A stretch of 64,000 bases of DNA from Geosiphon pyriformis uo1 (lineage: Eukaryota; Fungi; Glomeromycota). The first letter of the stretch is position 1. Each line of letters opens with the position of its first letter. Where the stretch lies: positions 690,715-754,714 of the forward strand of contig JAAOMT010000664.1 of the NCBI GenBank assembly GCA_016748015.1, written 5' to 3'. Positions 23,598 through 37,010 of this stretch are shown here, one piece after another. A model generated the notes under the pieces. The model did not search any database, was not told the DNA's origin, and saw only the letters and a list, made by a program, of their open reading frames with translations. Position numbers and translations under genes: made by a program.

Positions 23598-26000
23598 CAA
23601 CTGCTGGATTGAGACCCCTTATCTGACTGTCAGTGGCTCACCTATTTCCATAGCCAAAAAAGGTGAACCTTATCATTATCTTGGTATTTTTTTGTCCTCT
23701 AATGGTCTTTCAGTGCCCAGTTTAGCCAAGGCCTATTCGGATGTCTGATTTTTTGTCAACCTTGTTCTGAAAAAGACCATCTCGGATAAGCAATTCAGTT
23801 ATTTGGTTTCTGCTGTGCTGTTCCCTATTGTCAGCTACAGAACTCAGTTTAATTTTGTTCCTGTTAGTGTGTGTAATAAATGTGATGCTCTGATTTGTAA
23901 GAGCTTGAAGTCTAAGTTCGGGCTGTCACTTGATTTCCCCAATAATGTATTTCATCATCTTTCCTTATATGGTTTGAAGACTTTTGAACAAATTCAGGCA
24001 GAAAGCAAATTGGTCTCTGTGATTGCTTTTGCAAATTCAGTTGGTATTTTGGGCCGCTTATTTTTTCACAGGTCTCACGACCTCCAGGTTTTCAGCTGGC
24101 ATTCCCATCACTCCTTGCTGTTTCCGGCTCATGTTAGTATTAGTTCTTCAAATAACTTCTTAGCAGGTGTGGTTTGTATTTTTTCCAGATGTGATCTGTC
24201 TCTGGGCAGGTCTCTGGCCTGTGCTTTCTGTCATCAAGGTGGTACTCCTATGTCTTTTATTCTTAGTGAAATCAATTTTCTGAGATGTGTCTCTTTACTT
24301 AAGTGATATGGTATTGCTTTTGTGGAACAATTACGAGATCGAAATAGTGTTGTTTTCAGTTGGCAGATGTTCAAGCGTTGGAAAAGGTTGGACCCCCGTG
24401 GCCTGGTTTCTTTTTGGTTTGATCTTTCTATGTGTTTTCTTGGTGGTGTTGCTTCTTCTTTTATATGCTCCTCTTTTGTGACAAATTCTGCTCTGTCTGA
24501 TGTTCATTAATCTCATGATTTTGGTGTTATCTGTGACAATCTGTCGGCCACTGATGCTGCCTGTCTCTCTGTATACACAGATAGGTCTCTGAGTGGTTTG
24601 GGAACTGTTGCTATGAAAGCTGAGGCTGCAGTATTTTTTAAGGACATTAATTTTGGTTTGGGTGTGGAGGTGTCTGGTTTGGTTTCTTCTACTATATCTG
24701 AATTGTAGGCCATTGCTTTGGTTCTTAAGTGTGTTCCTTCTTTTCATGCAGTTAATTTGTTCTCAGATAGCCAAGTAGTTTTGGATGCATACAAGTCAGA
24801 ATTATTGTTGGCTCGTCTAGATTTTAGGAATTGTTGTTGGATAGAGTGTCACTATATTGCTAATGTAGTTCGTCATAAGAATTTGACTGTGAATTGGATT
24901 AAAGTTAAGGGTCATTCGGGCATTTCAGGCAATGAGCATACAGATAAGCTTGCTAAAGATGCGGCACTCTCTATTTGACATTTGCCACATTTGGTCAGTG
25001 AACGTTTTTTGAGAGCTGGGGGTAATGTGGTTTCTGGTAATTCTAGGTACTTTGTTCATAATGTGTTTCAGTCTATTCTTTGTATACATTGGGAGATTGG
25101 TTCTGATTTTTGGATCTTGGCAGCTGGATTGCATGATGGTGTTAACTGGTCTAAGTCTTCCGTGGGTTGGCACCCTAATTCTCACTTGGCTGCTAGTTTT
25201 ACTAGTGCACGTACTGCTGGTCTTTGGACATACTTTATGAAATCTCTCCATCATCAGCTTTCTGTTGCTATGCATAAGCATTTGTATAATAGGTGTTATT
25301 CCAATGTGGTGTGTTTGTTCTGTAGTGATGTAGAATTCTCAGATCATGTTTTCATTTGTCCTTTTGAGGCTGCTGGTCATGCTCGGTTTTTGGATGCTCA
25401 TATGTCTCTTTGAAAAATGCAATCTGGCCTCTTTCGATCTACTTTATGTGTCTCATAGTTGTTGGTCTTTTGTTCTTCCGATGCTACAATTAGTACTACT
25501 CTGTGTAAGGATTTTGTTTTTAATGATTGGTATTGTGAATCTCTTTTGGTCTTTAAGAATGCTAAGATTGCAGTGTCAAATATTGTGTATTTTGTACATG
25601 AGTTTTGCCTCACATTTTGTGATGAATTTTGGCTAGTCCGTGCCAAACACTAAGCTTTTATGGAAAAGAATAAACTTATTCCTCATGATGAATCCATTTC
25701 TGCCCTGGTTTCTGGTCTATCTGCAGTGCTTTCGGCTGGTGTGGTCAGATTGTTGGGTGTCATTGAGGCTTTTAGTATTGGTTTCAGTTTTCATAAATTT
25801 TGTTTGTTTTTTTTAGATATAGGAGATCTTGTCTCTGTTAAGATAGGTGTATAGTATTGTTCTGATCAGCCTGAGTGGCTGGTCACGTGTAGAAAATGCA
25901 TGATTCACTTCTAGTTTAGATCATTTATGTGATGTATAGTCTTAGATCGCATTTGGACCTCACTCATTAAACATAATAAAAAAATAATAATAATAATTAA
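23598..26000 (+). mobile_element. LINE 2, 3' half: RT C-terminus, RNase H, CCHC-type zinc finger, 3' UTR and A/(TAA)n tail
   Basis: Frame resumes across the insertion (KTVAIPV|NCWIETP..YHYLGIFL). RNase H VYTDRS..EL*AI..FSDSQ..WIKVKGHSGISGNEHTDKLAK. CLFCSDVEFSDHVFIC. ORF2 stop at 25854. Tail ataaaaaaataataataataat at ~25976-26000. Confidence 0.92.
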
Positions 26001-26482
26001 TAAAACTAAAAACTAAAAAATTAAATTATAACATTATTATTTTAAAACTAATATAAATAATCTTAAAAATAAAAAACTACAAAAAAAACAATATTAAGTT
26101 ATACTTTTAACTTGTTTACTTTAATTATTTTATATAATAAATATTAAATTATTAAAAAATTTCAAGCAAAGCAACATTAAAAATAAGTAACCTAATTTTT
26201 AAATAATGATAATATTTTTTTTGTCTGGTTTTATTAAATATAAAAAAACAAAATTTGGCTTAAAATTTGAAAATATTATTTCAAAATTTTTACAGTCTTA
26301 TATTTCTGTTGGAAATTAATTATATGGGGTAAAAGGCATTACTGTAGCTCGAAATCTCGATCCCCTAATCGATGATCTTCATGCTGAATGTCACGTGAAA
26401 CATTGTTACAAAGATAGCATGATAAAAATAATTTTGCTGTTTTGATTTTCTCTTTTGTACATTGAGCTAAAACTATGCTCCA

Positions 26483-29077
26483 ATGAGTGCCGAAAAACCA
26501 TCGCAAGAAATTACCTTTTCCCCAATGGGAGACATCGAAGTGTCCAAAAAGCCATTGGAACAGCAGCAAAAAAAACCAAAATCACTTCAAGTACTACCAC
26601 CACCACCAATTGAAGACAGCAAACAAGAACCAACTTTACTAACCAAATCGCAGCCAACTCAACCCCAGCCACCTCCACCAGGGCACATGGCTCCTCCAAC
26701 AATAGAACAACCACCACCCCCAGGACAAGTCCCACTTCCAGTTCCAACACAGCCACCACCTCCAAGTCAAGTGACTACTTCTGTGCCTTCAACGTCTGTG
26801 ATCGCCCAACCACCACCACCTGGTCAAGTTGCATCTCAAACAGTAACTTCATTAACCCAACCACCTCCATCCGCAAAAATAGCAACCACAATCTCAGTCG
26901 AAGCACAACCACCACCACCAGGACAAACAGCTCCCACTTCACAAGCACCCACTCAGCCTCCACCCCCTGGACTTGAATCGCGAGCAACAGAGTTTTTAGC
27001 CCAACTTCAACTTTTACCGAAAGCTGCTCTCGCATTGCAAAACAGTAAAGCTAATATTCCTCCACAACCTTCGCAAATAGTTGAACAATCAAAAGCTTCA
27101 CAACTTCCGAATCAACCTCCCAAATCCATTCAGCCTGGGCTACTCACTTCTACAATTCCAGGGGTGCCATCAGTCTTGTATTCTGATAAGAAAAAAGGTC
27201 CAATACCAAGGCGACCGACTCAACCTTTATTTCTGCTGCTGCACGAATGTAGTAAAGAGGTAACATATTTTTATCTAATAGAAAAACGATATCTAAAAGA
27301 GGAACTGAAAATTTTCGTTGTTGAATGGCTGTTTAGTATATCACTGGATATCTTACCAAAAAAACAGAGGAGGATACAACAGATTTATTTAGCGATCGAA
27401 AGAAATTACATGCTGATTTAAAGCTCTATTGCACCGAGATTGTTCTTTCATCAGCAAGAGAACGCATATTGCACGAATTAGACGAAGTAAGAAAAACACC
27501 CGATAGGTCAATTTTTGAAATCTAATATTCTTTTTATTTCTTTTCTGAAAGCATTCATACTTTAATCCAGAAAGGGAAAGAGGCTCTTAAAGATATTACT
27601 CCTGAAACTGAAGTATGTCCTTATAAATTGTTCAAAAATTTTGCAAAATTTAATTTAATTCTAATACTTTTCACAACCAAAATACCAGAATTTAAAAGCC
27701 AAATTTTCGGAGTCTTTGATATTACATAAAATTTTTTCTGACACATTGGAAGATGTTAAATACCAGTATACCATAGCCGGAGAAAATTCAGAATCGAATC
27801 AAAGTGCTCTACAACCAGGTAATTTTTCCATTATTTATCGTGTACCGATCGCAAAAATTGCTGATTCTTTACTCATTTTTGAGTTTTCAGAGCTCCTAAA
27901 TATTTTTCGGTTATGGGAGCAATACAATAAAAAAGACATAACTATTGCAAATACTGTTCACACAGAGCAACCTCGTGCTCGTGGTCGGGGAGGATATAGT
28001 CGCGGTGGATATTGGCCTCCACGTGGTGGCGGCCCTCCGAGGCATTCGCCTTATCCTCAACAAGGGCCGCCTCGTCGGCGTGATTGGACAGGAGGTATTC
28101 GAGATGATAGAGAATATAGAGATCGTCGCCCGGATGATTATCATCGAGACCGACGCGAGGAATATCCACGTAGAGATTATGATCGAAGACAAGATTATCG
28201 GGGTCCAGCTGGACCACCACCTTTTGGTCGTGAAAGACCACCTATAGGCCGAAGAGATGATCAATATCATCGAGCAGGTGGATATGAGGACAGAAGACGA
28301 GAAAATAATATGTATGATCGGAGACCAGATGATAATAGGCATCCTAGGGATTATCGTGGTCCCCCCCCACATCCAGGTCCTCTTGTTCCACCACCTAAAC
28401 CCTCTCCAGCCATTTATGAAGCACCACCTATGCCTCCCAATCCACCACCAACACCTCACGTGCAAACTTCCCCACAGGCTGGTTATGATTATCAGCAATA
28501 TTCCACTGAACAACAACAGCAGCAGCAGCAGCAGCAGCAGTATACTGCAGGTAAAAATAAAAAGGGACACCAAATATGCAAATTTAATTCTAAAATGTTT
28601 CTATTTCTGCTTAGGTCCCGCTGCATATCAACAAGACTATAATAATCAAGCATATCCCGGTTATTATCCTCAGTATCCTCAAGAACATCAAATAAACGGA
28701 CAGGCCAATCAGCAATATCAATATCAAGCTGCGGCTACAACAGGATGGGAAACACAAAGCGCACAAATGCAGGCCGCTCAATCTCATTTAACATCATTTG
28801 GTTGGAATCAGCCTGGACGCCATACCGCGATCCCGTTACCTACGTGAGTGCTGGGAAGTCAATTTATGAATATATCAAATCAATCTTCTTATTCTATAAT
28901 AAAATATTTTAACTGATTTATTTTCACTTCTTAAGGGATTTTATGGCCGGACCAAGCAGTGCACCTCGATTATCTATGCCGGAGCCTCATGAAGTCCTCG
29001 GTGTGATTAAAGGTGTGATAATTCGAGATGCTCAAGGTAATATCGGATTGAGTCAATATCACTTCAGCACAATGTAA
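26483..29077 (+). CDS. Spliced gene (about 7 exons), unknown protein with QPPPPGQ repeats, helical middle, RGG/Arg-Asp-rich region, poly-Q and a short ordered C-terminus
   Basis: ORFs 26483, 27716 and 28257 link through short GT-AG introns. The last exon DFMAGPSSAPRLSMPEPHEVLGVIKGVIIRDAQGNIGLSQYHFSTM ends at TAA 29077. Confidence 0.8.
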
Positions 29078-30276
29078 CAGTCGGCAATTTATTGAAACTA
29101 AAAAAAGCAAAGGAAAGTGAACAGATAAAAAATAATGCTTTCGACATAAAAGCAAAATCAAAGAATGAGGACAAATCTTGGATTTTTTGAAAAGAAAGCA
29201 AAGTTTTTTCTATTCGGACTGCTATTTGAATTTCGCAAATGGGTTTTGGATATCAAAAAGTCACGACAAAAAAATTTGTCAATTAAATTCCAAAATCAAG
29301 AACAACACAACTTTTCATCTTCGGAATTGATTGAAATTTTAGTGCACATTACAACAACATCTTTCGCTTATTATTGATTGATACATACAAATAGATACAA
29401 TCGCGTACGGAACAGTCAAGAGTCTGGAATACGAACTTCATTGGTTCAACTTTTTTATAAATTGGCGGTATCTTTCAATAGTCTGGAAAACTATGCTGGT
29501 GCAACTGATTTCGGTTATCTTCAATAATATTTTAACCAAAAGTTTATGGATTCTTTATGAAATATTCAAATTTGAAATAATCGATTATTGAAATCGACTC
29601 CCTTTGAGATCTATTGGGATAAATAGATTGGGTCTTGTAAAGTACGCTGATATATTCCTACATTTTGTAGGATTTTCAGTTTAAAACGTTGGAATATGCT
29701 ACCAAGAAACAAGGACGTAACAGTATTGATCAATCGTTGAACCTGATTTTCTGCACAAGTAGAGACCAGCCTTAAATATCATTTAGGTTTCGTGTCGATA
29801 GCGAGAGATCACGGGACAAAACCTTTTCTATATCTCGTATGGAAGATAGCTTAAGGAGGGGCAGGACCAGAAGGTGATTTATCAATGATTTTGTTAAACA
29901 GATCACTAACCAATCAAAATAGAATTTAATCCGTTTTGATAGGCCCAAAGATGTCGGCATAATTTCTAACAGCTAATCTTAGTCTCATAATGACTGAGGT
30001 AAAAATATTGCCTCGGCTATGAATTCTTATGATCGGTGTGTAAACCTCTAATAGAGGTTCTCATTGTACCACGAGGTTTCTTCAGTCGAAATACAAAAGA
30101 TCTAGAAATTTAATTGAAACACCATTTATCAAGTTCAAAATAGTCACTACGCCTCAGAATTATTTTGTAATTTGCTCGCCGGAATTAATCACTCTGCGCC
30201 ACATTTACTAATATGAAAATCGCCTGAAAGCGCGCCATTGAAATTCACGTAATTTCCCTTTATACTTTTGTGAAGA

Positions 30277-32367
30277 ATGCCTAATGAACTAAATCACCCA
30301 TATCATATTCCTCAAGTAACTGTTCAGCCTGACTGGGTCGAAGTCGTCGCTGATGTACTTTCTGGGGCTATTTTCTCCGAGTCTTTTTGGATCTCTTGCT
30401 ATCGGAAAGGTCAATACATTTTTTATAATTGTTTCTCTTTAGCATTAGTCATCTAAATCTATGCACATCTTCGTTTCTATAGGATCTCCCTCTGTTCACG
30501 GGTCAGTTAAGGTTACCAAAGTCCCTGACGAGCCTAACCTAGAGTTTTCTGGGAACGATGGTGTTGAAGTGACCAAGATTTCAAATGTCTGTTCCTTATT
30601 TTTTATCCTATTCGTTGCCTAATTACACGCGCAAATCTAAAACGCTACAACCCGGGATTCCATCAAAACTTGTTAGCACTCTTTTTATCTCACCTGCGAT
30701 ACTCTAGAAATAAGTGAGATTATTGTTAAAGGTCCCAGATCAACTTTTAAAAGAATTCATTCAAGTGAGGTTGTACTTCAAACTTTAATGATTGCTTGAG
30801 AGTATTTTTGATCTGATTATCTTTCTTTCAGATAAGTTCAATGGACATTTCCCCTGGTGGTGGTCTATTTGTCACAGGTGATACAAGAGGACTACTCAAA
30901 GTCGGTGACACCAAAGATGGGATCGTAAGAGTAAGTTTAGTCAACAAAAAGCATTCCCTCCAGGCTTTTTGGGAAAATTTTAATTTTCCGCTTTTTTTCT
31001 ACCAGAGAGAATTAGAAGGACATGTTGGAGACATTAACACCTGTCGGTTTTTCCCTTCTGGCCAAGGTATCCATTTTTCATCACTAGATTTTACACAAAT
31101 AAGATGGGTCGAAAGGGATCATCAAGATTTCCTCTTTTCCTAGTCATTCTCAGCGGGGCAGGTGACTTCCAGCTCCGTATTTGGTCTGCATTGGATGGTA
31201 GCAACCCAGTTACTCTCAAAGGACATACTAAGGGAGTGACTGATACTGCTATTATTAGTCGAGGCCGAAACATTCTGTGTATATACCCGTTATTGGTTTT
31301 CATATTTTTATATCTAATATAATAATTATACAATATAAGCAATTGTATTTGGTTGATTAGCTTCATCCAGAGATGGAACGATAAGGTTATGGGACTGTGG
31401 TATTTATTTCATTTATCTGTTATAATTAAAACCTTAATTTGCTTATGTTTCTATCATTTTACATTCCACTCAATATTTGAGGTTCTTCCAGTGTTTTGAA
31501 CATTATGGGCCACTATTCCTCGAGCATCCATAAACTGGCGACTGGAAAATTCACAAATGAATTAACTTACGACAGGAATTCCAGTTTCCGCCTTGGTGAG
31601 CTAGTTAAATTTTTCTTTGAGAAATAAATATCAGTTTAATCATTTGTATAAGTAATAGATTCCAGAGAGGTAGAAACCCAAGACAAAATTGTCTTGGCTG
31701 CTTTAGATAATGGTAGTTTAATCGGGTTGGATTTGCGTAGCAAAAGTGAGGTACTTTCAGATCAAATTGATATTTCTCAATCTTTTTTACTCATTTCTAA
31801 TTTCTTGAAATTTATCTAGATTTTTTCAACAAGTTCCTATCGTAATGTTTCTTTATATTCTTGCGCCTACTCGCCAAATCATAATTTGGTGGTTGCCGGA
31901 TCTATACAGGGTGTCATTGAAGTATTTGATGCCCGGAATATAAAGTATGTCCCATTAAATTTCTTCATTGAACTCCATTTTTTGGCTGATTATAAGAGTT
32001 ATTTTTCTTAATTAGTTTCAATTTTTTTAGTCAAACAATATTCGCGATCCAGAGGAATGAAGCTTCAGTTAATGATCTCGTATTTGTGGGATTGGGCCCG
32101 AACCTTTTAGTTGCTCAAGGTTGGTAATATTCTGAAAAAGTCTTGGGAAATAAGAATAAAGAATGAATCACATTGATAAATTCTAACGCATCTAAATTAG
32201 GGGATGGTGCCATCTTTCAGTTTTCAACTGCCTCTGGCCTTGAAATTGCTCAAGCTACATATGAGTATACGGGATTTGATCTCGACCCTGTGCGGTCCAT
32301 TCGAGCACTTGACAATGGGGATCAGATATATGCTGCAGGACGAGATGGATGTCTTAGAAAGTATTAG
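30277..32367 (+). CDS. PAAF1: WD40 proteasome-assembly chaperone, PAAF1/Rpn14 homolog (multi-exon)
   Basis: N-terminal PQVTVQPDW..ESFWISCY. LEGHVGDINTCRFFPSGQVILSGAGDFQLRIWSALDGSNPVTLKGHTKGVTDTAIISRGRNIL. C-terminal GFDLDPV..AAGRDGCLRKY. Confidence 0.9.
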
Positions 32368-33045
32368 TAAATACAGCTGAGGAAGTAATTAAAATCTATT
32401 TGTAATCATGAATTGTGTAACTTTAGAGATTTAAATACTAAAAAATATGTTTTATGTATCTGCAGATCATCAATCATATTTAAATCAAATTGATTATTTT
32501 TCTTTGCCTCCTTCATCAAACGCACTATTTATAGTAATTTGAACAAAGAAATATTATATAAATCAAACTCAGCTACTTTTTTCTATTATTGATCAGTTCA
32601 GTGCGGGCTTAAATGAAATATCCTATTAAGTTAAGTTTTTTTCATTGTCGCTTGCCTTTTTCATAATCAAAGATAAATTCAATTTTCTCATTCCGATCAT
32701 TTAAAAGTTGCAAGTTAGTATATGTTCGCGAGTTACTTGGCGCAATGACATGTAATTCTTTGATGAGAATTGGAATATTTGGTATCACCGTGAAATTTCA
32801 TGCATTTATCTGAGAGGTAGACACATAATAGAACAAAATTTACAGGTAATTCATTTTTTGATAGCTCATTCAATTTTCTAAATAGGCTTACCATTTAGAT
32901 TAGTGGAGTGTCATGTTACGTGGAGTAATAGAGAGTTGACATATTTTGGGCAATACTTAAAAGTGCAACCAATTTAGTTGGGGTTTTCAAAATCTAGAGC
33001 CTCTTCGATCTTTTTTGGCTATTCATTTTAACACATGATTAAATC

Positions 33046-33997
33046 ATGGAATTGGCCAACAAGACCTCACCACCTACAAATTTGAAAACAAGACGTAACC
33101 GGTTTTTCGGCGCGAATTTTCAAGACCATGAATTCGAGTTCGAACCCTTTGTTCGAAAAGAGCTCAAGCTTGGAGGGATGTCTTGTGTTAAAAAAGTCAA
33201 GAAATTAAGTAAGCTTTCGTGTTATAAATCGGTTCAAATTTTGATTTTGTTCCTCAACTCATACTATTATTAAATAATATTTCATAAAGCTGATTATTTT
33301 AACAACGTTCAAAAAGAAAAGAATGTAGTCTGCAAACATTTTATAATTGGCACCTGTTTCCGAGGGCCTGCAAGATGTCCTTATCTGCATGAAATGAACC
33401 TAAGTAAGATGTCACCTTGTCCAACAATGAAACGATATGGAATATGTGATCGTCAGGTTTGCGTATTTCGCCACAATTTTGTCACCAAAGTCTGCAGTCA
33501 GAGAAATAGGAGTGAGAGACCAAAGAAAGAGATTCTTTTTTCTCGTTTGAATGAGCATAACGAGACACAAAAGACAGAGTGCATGGCTTATCAGCGAGGA
33601 TTCTGCCCTGATGGTTTGTTTTATTTAGCCTGAAGAAGGCTAGGAAATATTTTGAGCTTTTCTATTGGATATTTTCACAGTCGACCCCAAGATCACCTGA
33701 ATTTCACAAATTGCTTCATTACAAATGATCTTACCACTGCATCTTTGGACCACAAGGACCCAATTGTACAATGAAGCATGTTCGGCGTATCATGTGCCAA
33801 TTTTATTTGATGGGATTTTGTGCGTTTGGTAAGAATTGTAGTGATGCCCAGTAAGTTATTTTACAAATCGGTTTTCTTTGATGAATTGTCTTGACATTTT
33901 TAAAATACCTAGTTTAACATAATTTTTTTTTAAAACTAGCCCTAAACATCAAATTATTCCTCTTCAACTAAAAAAAGGTGGGCAAGATTTCAACTGA
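33046..33997 (+). CDS. Divergent CPSF30/Yth1-like CCCH zinc-finger protein (4 exons, 4 fingers)
   Basis: FEFEPFV N-terminal motif. VVCKHF..C..C..HEMNLSKM. CMAYQRGFCPDGPNCTMKHVRRIMCQFYLMGFCAFGKNCSDAHPK matches Yth1 ZF4-5. Confidence 0.85.
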
Positions 33998-35554
33998 ATT
34001 CAATTGGAGCCGGATGAATAAAAAGTAAATGAACAGAAGAAAAAGAAAAACCTCACGCAATTTTGCATGAACATGATATGCATCTAATGGCTGCAATAAA
34101 TGGATAATTTCATCTTAAAAAAAAAGGTATGGACAGAGGATATCTTAATGACTCCAAAGACAATGAAATGGTTCTATAGCTTGAAAAAGGGTATTTCTAT
34201 GTAGATAAAAACCGCGACAAGCTTTTTAAGGGTAATTATGACCTCTTTTACGAATCCTTTTGGAAAAAGTTTTATAGTATTTTTTTTCTAGAAAAGAGCA
34301 GAATAAGAATCGAGGCTTGGAAGATATTTAGTTTAGCCGAATTCTGAATATTTCTTTTACCCTTGAGCTATGATTTTATTCAGTTATACGCAGAAATATC
34401 AAGAATTTTTAGAATTTTATTAAAATTATATCTTAACAAAAATGACCGGTATTCAGTATAAATCTTTGAAAACTCGTATTGAAATCAATTAAAATTGTAA
34501 AAATGCAGTTTCATTCGATATTTTTAGAGAAATTCTTTTGATCCATTTTAGCCATGATCTTTAAGATATTTGAATATAATGCAAAATAGATTATTACATA
34601 TCACTTTCTAAATAAAAATCGTAGCAGGGAATGGATCAAATGCTGAAATCAGTACAATTAAAGTCTTGTATTCTTGTTCCTCACCCAAGATGTCGGCATA
34701 CCATCATGCAATGAGGGAATTAACGGAACTGTCATGAGAAAAAGATTTTTATTTTTATTAATGGGGATATGATGGATTGATGTTCAAAATAATCGAATGT
34801 ATTTACTTTGACAAAGCCAATATCTTTGGAGTATTCACGGAAACATTGGCGACACACATTCAGGTTATATTTACGGATAAGACCGGCACGGTGAGCACAC
34901 ACACGACTTGTGTTTAGAAATCAAAATGAGTTTGGCTGCACACTTGAAAGTAAGTTCAGTGAGACGGAATTGAAAATACCATTCCCGGGAGCCTTTCCCG
35001 TATCGACGAGGACGCGAGAACCACACTTGATCGTGAGCCATTTTTCAATTAGTGTATAAATCCCTTATCGTAGTTCTTGAACCAAAGTATGTATGATAGA
35101 GAATGAAAAATATGATCAATTAAGGTTTGAAAATTATTTTATAAAGGAACGCTTACACGTCACACAACAAAATTGATCGAAACGAAGATCAGATCATCAG
35201 AGAAGATTTAAGTTGAACAGGTCATAGTATTCTGTTTACTATCTGTTTTCGCCGATCATTTACACGTAAAAAATTGGGAGGAAGTCATTGGTAGGTAAAG
35301 AGAATTTTTCTCACCGCGAAGCTTCAGATAGAATAGAACCTAAAATAAACTTTGGGCTCTTTATGGTGCCTTCAGAACGATCAAATATTACCCAACTATA
35401 ACATCTTTTTTAATCAGCCAAAGTGGCGCGCTGTGACGATAGAGCTTTCAAGGATTCGCGCGGTTGGCGCTACCTTAGAAATCCCCCGGAAATTGACACT
35501 GGTTTTTCTAACCAAACTTTTGACCTGCTTGGTGGTTGTAATCCCGATTGGTTG

Positions 35555-37010
35555 ATGACCTCAGTGTCGTCTCTATCGAAAATTAGGCGTTCAACGGTAC
35601 CCCTCGCTAGCAGCAGTAATTCCCCAACCAGAGTTTTGACCAATGGGTTTACCTCACCAAAGAAAACGTCAATAGTTTTATCCTCTCCTCGCAAAACGGC
35701 GGCCGCTGTCATCAAAATTGGATCTCCTACTGCATCATCTGCACGCTCAGGTAAAGAGGATTTAATCAGTAAACGTGATCGTCAACAATCAGCGGATAAT
35801 AAAGAATTGAAAAAAGTCAAATCTGATCCCGAAAGAGCCGAGAATGGCCATGACAAAAAGAGATCCTCCAAAATGGAAAGCCCTTCGGTAAAACATAGGA
35901 AGCATATTAACGGTCATACTCAGAAACAAACCGAACAGAAAAAATCAAGCATCTCGCATAAAGATAAACAAAAACAGACAGATGTAAAAACCTCACATCG
36001 GAGAATTGGTAGTCAAGGAGACAAAAAGAGCCTACATTCGAATATTAAAAGTTCACCTCACTCTGCGGAGGAGAAGTCATCCACATCGATTAAGACTCCA
36101 ATCAAAAAGGAGCCAGGTCCAGTTACACGACAACGAAGCAAAGGAAAAGATGTTGTGGCTGATCATTATGTTAATGATGATGGCGAGTTAGAAAATGAGG
36201 AGGATGATGGCGAAAAAAATGCCGATCTTTCTGAGTATGATCAAACAGCAACAAAAAAAAACAAAATCGAGAAGAGTAGTAACAAACACAAATCAAAATC
36301 ACGTAAACGTAAGAAGCTTTTTGACGTTACCGATCCCACTGGGATTTTGACTCCACAGGATAATGATCATTTACGTGATCTTGCTTCAGTGAAGGAAATG
36401 TTGAAAAGGTACAGGAAGGAATTAATTGATATCAAAGAAGGGATACAACAATTTAATGCCGAGAAAACGAAGGATAGACCAGTTTACGATGATAAAAATG
36501 AATGTATCGAGAATAAGGATCAAATATCGGGAAATAATGAGCGTATGCAGGATAATGAAATTGATGAATACTATCAACACGGTAAAATTTATTCTAACTT
36601 TTCAAGTTGGTATTCTTCAATGTTTGGTTTAATTTCCATTTTCATGATTAGGCGAACCAGGACTTCGTAAAATAGGTGTCAATATACGTAATAATCGATA
36701 TCATCCTTATCAAAATCCAAAAAGAGTCCACATGATTGAACAAACTCTCCAAAGAACCACGTTTAAAGTAGCAATGACTGAGTCGCGTGTCAGCCGTTTA
36801 GAAGTAAAATTTATTAGTCTACAAAAAAAATATCAAGCCTGGAACAGATTATTGAAAGAAGAAACAAATACACACGATGGAGTTGGGAATGAGGGTTTTT
36901 TAAATGCAACTGAAAGTCTAAGAGAAAACTTTGTGAGCATGTTTTTTGGTTTTAGCCTTGGAACCATAAGTATATTTGTGGCCAGACAAATCTGGATATC
37001 ACTTTTTTAG
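35555..37010 (+). CDS. Two-exon hypothetical protein: Ser/Lys-rich disordered region, coiled coils, C-terminal hydrophobic anchor
   Basis: First in-frame ATG 35555. Intron ~36582-36651 joins to the 36732-37010 frame. C-terminal FVSMFFGFSLGTISIFVARQIWISLF. Confidence 0.75.

Noticed and set aside
27911-28573. 220-aa hydrophobic minus-strand ORF and similar antisense ORFs (26511, 43341, 48621, 59222)
   Set aside because: These are shadows of real genes on the opposite strand, favoured by low-complexity codons.
31067-31143. PAAF1 intron beginning GTATCCAT as a possible U12 intron
   Set aside because: It mismatches GTATCCTT and has no TCCTTAAC branch point.
29944-34700. Shared 14-mer AAGATGTCGGCATA at ~29948 and ~34687
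   Set aside because: Several exact 14-mer matches are expected by chance in 64 kb, and the similarity barely extends.
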